A stretch of DNA of 63,634 nucleotides, the filler included, from Atractiella rhizophila (taxonomy: Eukaryota): NCBI GenBank assembly GCA_021432655.1. It is 4 parts of 4 records of this genome, joined end to end, with 100 filler letters (N's around TTAATTAATTAA, not from the genome) between each part and the next. Parts side by side here need not be neighbours in the genome. Positions count along the whole stretch, not along the records: positions 60,134 to 63,634 come from MU271518.1; 3 more parts are not named here. The stretch is one strand, 5' to 3'. The first letter of the stretch is position 1; the number at the start of each line of letters is the position of its first letter. The notes under the pieces are model-generated. The model saw only the letters and a list, made by a program, of their open reading frames with translations, was not told where the DNA came from and made no database searches. This document shows, one piece after another, positions 60,644-63,634 of this stretch. The position numbers were made by a program, and so were the translations under genes.

Positions 60644-63634
60644 CTAGGCCGTATAAACGAGATTGGTCGGGTAAATGACGCCATCACTCCTAACCAATAG
60701 AATCGGAAGTCTAATGCTTCCAGGGACACTACCACTGAATATGGGAGGTTCAGCAAGCATCACCTCTTCACTTCGAACATGACATTTGGTGGCAGGTCGA
60801 TCTCCAAACCAAATCCTATAAGTAGCGTTGAGGTGCTCGCCGAAGAAAGTCATCGTATTTGTTCCATCTTTGGAGAGGTGATACTTCGTCAAATAGGGAA
60901 TGTTCGGTCCAACCGGGGCAGCAGGTACAGGAGTGGAGAGGAGATGTGAAAGGTCATGTTGTGGTCGNNNNNNNNNNNNNNNNNNNNNNNNNNNNNNNNN
61001 NNNNNNNNNNNNNNNNNNNNNNNNNNNNNNNNNNNNNNNNNNNNNNNNNNNNNNNNNNNNNNNNNNNNNNNNNNNNNNNNNNNNNNNNNNNNNNNNNNNN
61101 NNNNNNNNNNNNNNNNNNNNNNNNNNNNNNNNNNNNNNNNNNNNNNNNNNNNNNNNNNNNNNNNNNNNNNNNNNNNNNNNNNNNNNNNNNNNNNNNNNNN
61201 NNNNNNNNNNNNNNNNNNNNNNNNNNNNNNNNNNNNNNNNNNNNNNNNNNNNNNNNNNNNNNNNNNNNNNNNNNNNNNNNNNNNNNNNNNNNNNNNNNNN
61301 NNNNNNNNNNNNNNNNNNNNNNNNNNNNNNNNNNNNNNNNNNNNNNNNNNNNNNNNNNNNNNNNNNNNNNNNNNNNNNNNNNNNNNNNNNNNNNNNNNNN
61401 NNNNNNNNNNNNNNNNNNNNNNNNNNNNNNNNNNNNNNNNNNNNNNNNNNNNNNNNNNNNNNNNNNNNNNNNNNNNNNNNNNNNNNNNNNNNNNNNNNNN
61501 NNNNNNNNNNNNNNNNNNNNNNNNNNNNNNNNNNNNNNNNNNNNNNNNNNNNNNNNNNNNNNNNNNNNNNNNNNNNNNNNNNNNNNNNNNNNNNNNNNNN
61601 NNNNNNNNNNNNNNNNNNNNNNNNNNNNNNNNNNNNNNNNNNNNNNNNNNNNNNNNNNCAGAGATATTTCGTGCTCACTATTCATCATGCATTACTACCT
61701 GCTTTCAAATAAAGGGGAAGGGGACGAACAAGATCGAAGTCTGTTTGTAAAGGGCGATCGTGGTTCCATGATGAATGCCCACTTTATATCGGACATTAGC
61801 AACACATCAACTTCAACTTCAATGAGTGGGAGGGACGTACGTTCACAACCTTTTGAACCTCCTCTCTTCTTGCTCGGCTTCGAAATAACTTTCATCGGTC
61901 TGCTCGGGAACACGCCACTACTCTCTGCTCTTCGGGCCCGTCTCCTGGCATGACCACCTTGACGATAGCTTCCACCTTCCTATTCCTCTCCTCTCCGTCT
62001 CCAATGTGCAAATTCTTCCCGACGACGCGTCCAGCGATCGGAATGCTTTCAGGGCCGCTCACCAGCCTCGTTCCATTCGCAAAGTTGTTATCCGCTCCCT
62101 CCAACCTCCCATCAGAGGTCATCCATTCCGTCCAACTCTCCGGACTCTCCGCTTCCCCAGCAATGGAGATTGTGATCTTAGGAGCATGGAGGGCGTAATC
62201 CATCCCCATCGCTCCGTTGGGATTCGGCGCAGCAGATGGCAGGGCAGAGAACCAGGATGCTCCAAGGATAAATGCGGATGGGGGAGGACACAGGAAGCGT
62301 TTCTCGTTCCCATACGACTTTTGTCCGACCTTGCTCGACAGAACAAGAACAGTTCGTTCGCCAAGAGAGAGGCGGTTGCGAGTTGAAAGGTATTTCTGTA
62401 CATGCGGTCTGTTGATAACCGTATATAGGTCAGCTCATGTTCAACTAGAAATATGAGGAGGAAAGGGGAGACCCCTACCCTGCAAAGGAGACATTCTCCT
62501 CCACAAACCCCATGAGCTTGAACCCCTCCTGCACACCTTCCCATCCCTTCCCAACATTTCCACTAGCACTAGCAGGAGCCAATCCCTTCCATCCTCCACC
62601 AACCACGGTTTTCGTCTTATTCGGACTCATACTCAAAGCCGCAAGGTCGGAATAACTGCTCCTCTGACTGACGCTCAACAACAGACTAGGCGAGCTCAAA
62701 GGCGTATCCAACGTACTCGTACTCGCAGTCGCCGAACTGTCGCTTCTATATCGATTCCCCACCATCCCTGCTGGAATCGGGATCGAAGGAGGTACACCTC
62801 CCAAACGGGAGGTGGCTGAAGAGGGGGAGGGATAGAGGAACTGGACGTCCGCGTATTGGGTCGGTTGGTTCGGTGTTGGTTGACGAGTAGAGGTCGAGTG
62901 GGCGGTAGCCGTGGGTGAGGGGCATGGGAAGGAAGCGGTGGAAATGATGGGTTGGCTCGGATGTCGTGAGAGGGTTGGTAGAGAAGGATGTCGATGAATC
63001 GTAGGTAGCGAGGGCTGGGAATGCATCCTTGGGAGTCCGGGAGGGGGTACGGAGGGAGGAGAATATTGCTGTTTCGCCGACGATGCAGCAGTGGGTTGGA
63101 AATCCTGCGATCCGACGGTTGCTATGCTTGACATGGAGTTAGAATGGTGGAGAGCCAGACCGGAAAACTCTGGCTGGGACGGTTGGTGGAAAGGTGGACT
63201 GGGAGTCGTGGCCGCTTGCCGTTCTTGTTGGTAATGAAAAGTTTGAGCCAGTCGTTGTGGAATGGGGCGAGCGAAACTCGAAGTGAAAGGAGCCTGACCG
63301 AGTGATCCGGATTCGCTCTGCTTCGCAATGATTCCTCCCATCGCCATGTCGGACATTGACGAGGTTGCAGAGAGGTCTTGAGACTGATGAAAATGAGGGG
63401 AGATAGAGGGAACTTCCTGCTGCGGGATGAGGGCTAATTCCTGCATTTCGTGAGGCTGATTTGGAGGGAGAAGTGCGGAATATTCCGGGACTTGAGCTTG
63501 AGCTTGTTGAGAATAGCGGACATATGGGTTGGGAGACAGCCGTGGTTGTGAATGAGGGCCGGGATGGGAGGGAATAACTGTATATTCGTGCGCCATGTCC
63601 TGTGCGCTGGCAGACACCTGCACTTGGCCTTGAG
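60644..63634 (-). CDS. CSL (CBF1/Su(H)/LAG-1) transcription factor, fungal class F2/Cbf12-like; 5' end outside window, middle in N gap 60968-61658
   Basis: NRLSLGERTVLVLSSKVGQKSYGNEKRFLCPPP, GRVVGKNLHI, MKVISKPSKK, C-terminal FFGEHL..RIWFGD..RSEEVMLAEPP..LPILLVRSDGVIYPT; long P/Q/S-rich N-terminus. Confidence 0.92.

Overview
Intron-rich eukaryotic DNA from a draft fungal assembly, inferred to be a basidiomycete (plausibly Pucciniomycotina). Most introns are about 45-100 nt GT..AG with CTRAC-type branch points. There are two long N gaps and three 100-nt spacers containing TTAATTAATTAA. By hand-splicing I can support about 18 protein-coding genes: a BBE-type FAD oxidoreductase (partial), an arrestin-like protein, a DUF6534-type membrane protein, an exportin-4-like ARM protein, an Aim18/Aim46-like CHI-fold protein, an amino-acid permease, an HMG-box factor, an ODC carrier, an intronless orphan, a Nudix hydrolase, a PPZ-type phosphatase, a threonine aldolase, a peroxisomal thioesterase, a MATE-like transporter, a hypothetical protein, an Slm1-like BAR-PH protein, an Hst3/4 sirtuin, Dbp6 and a CSL factor (partial). 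Several pseudogene relics are also present. The three most interesting signals: (i) six genes have 380-735 nt first introns, at least two of them strongly structured, and one looks like an intronic H/ACA snoRNA; (ii) the HMG-box gene's own promoter carries Ustilago-type pheromone-response elements; (iii) an 887-bp partial MATE duplication, bracketed by identical 95-bp repeats, is diverged mostly at synonymous sites and creates an in-frame half-transporter chimera. All family assignments come from motif recognition, not database searches, and exon boundaries are manual.
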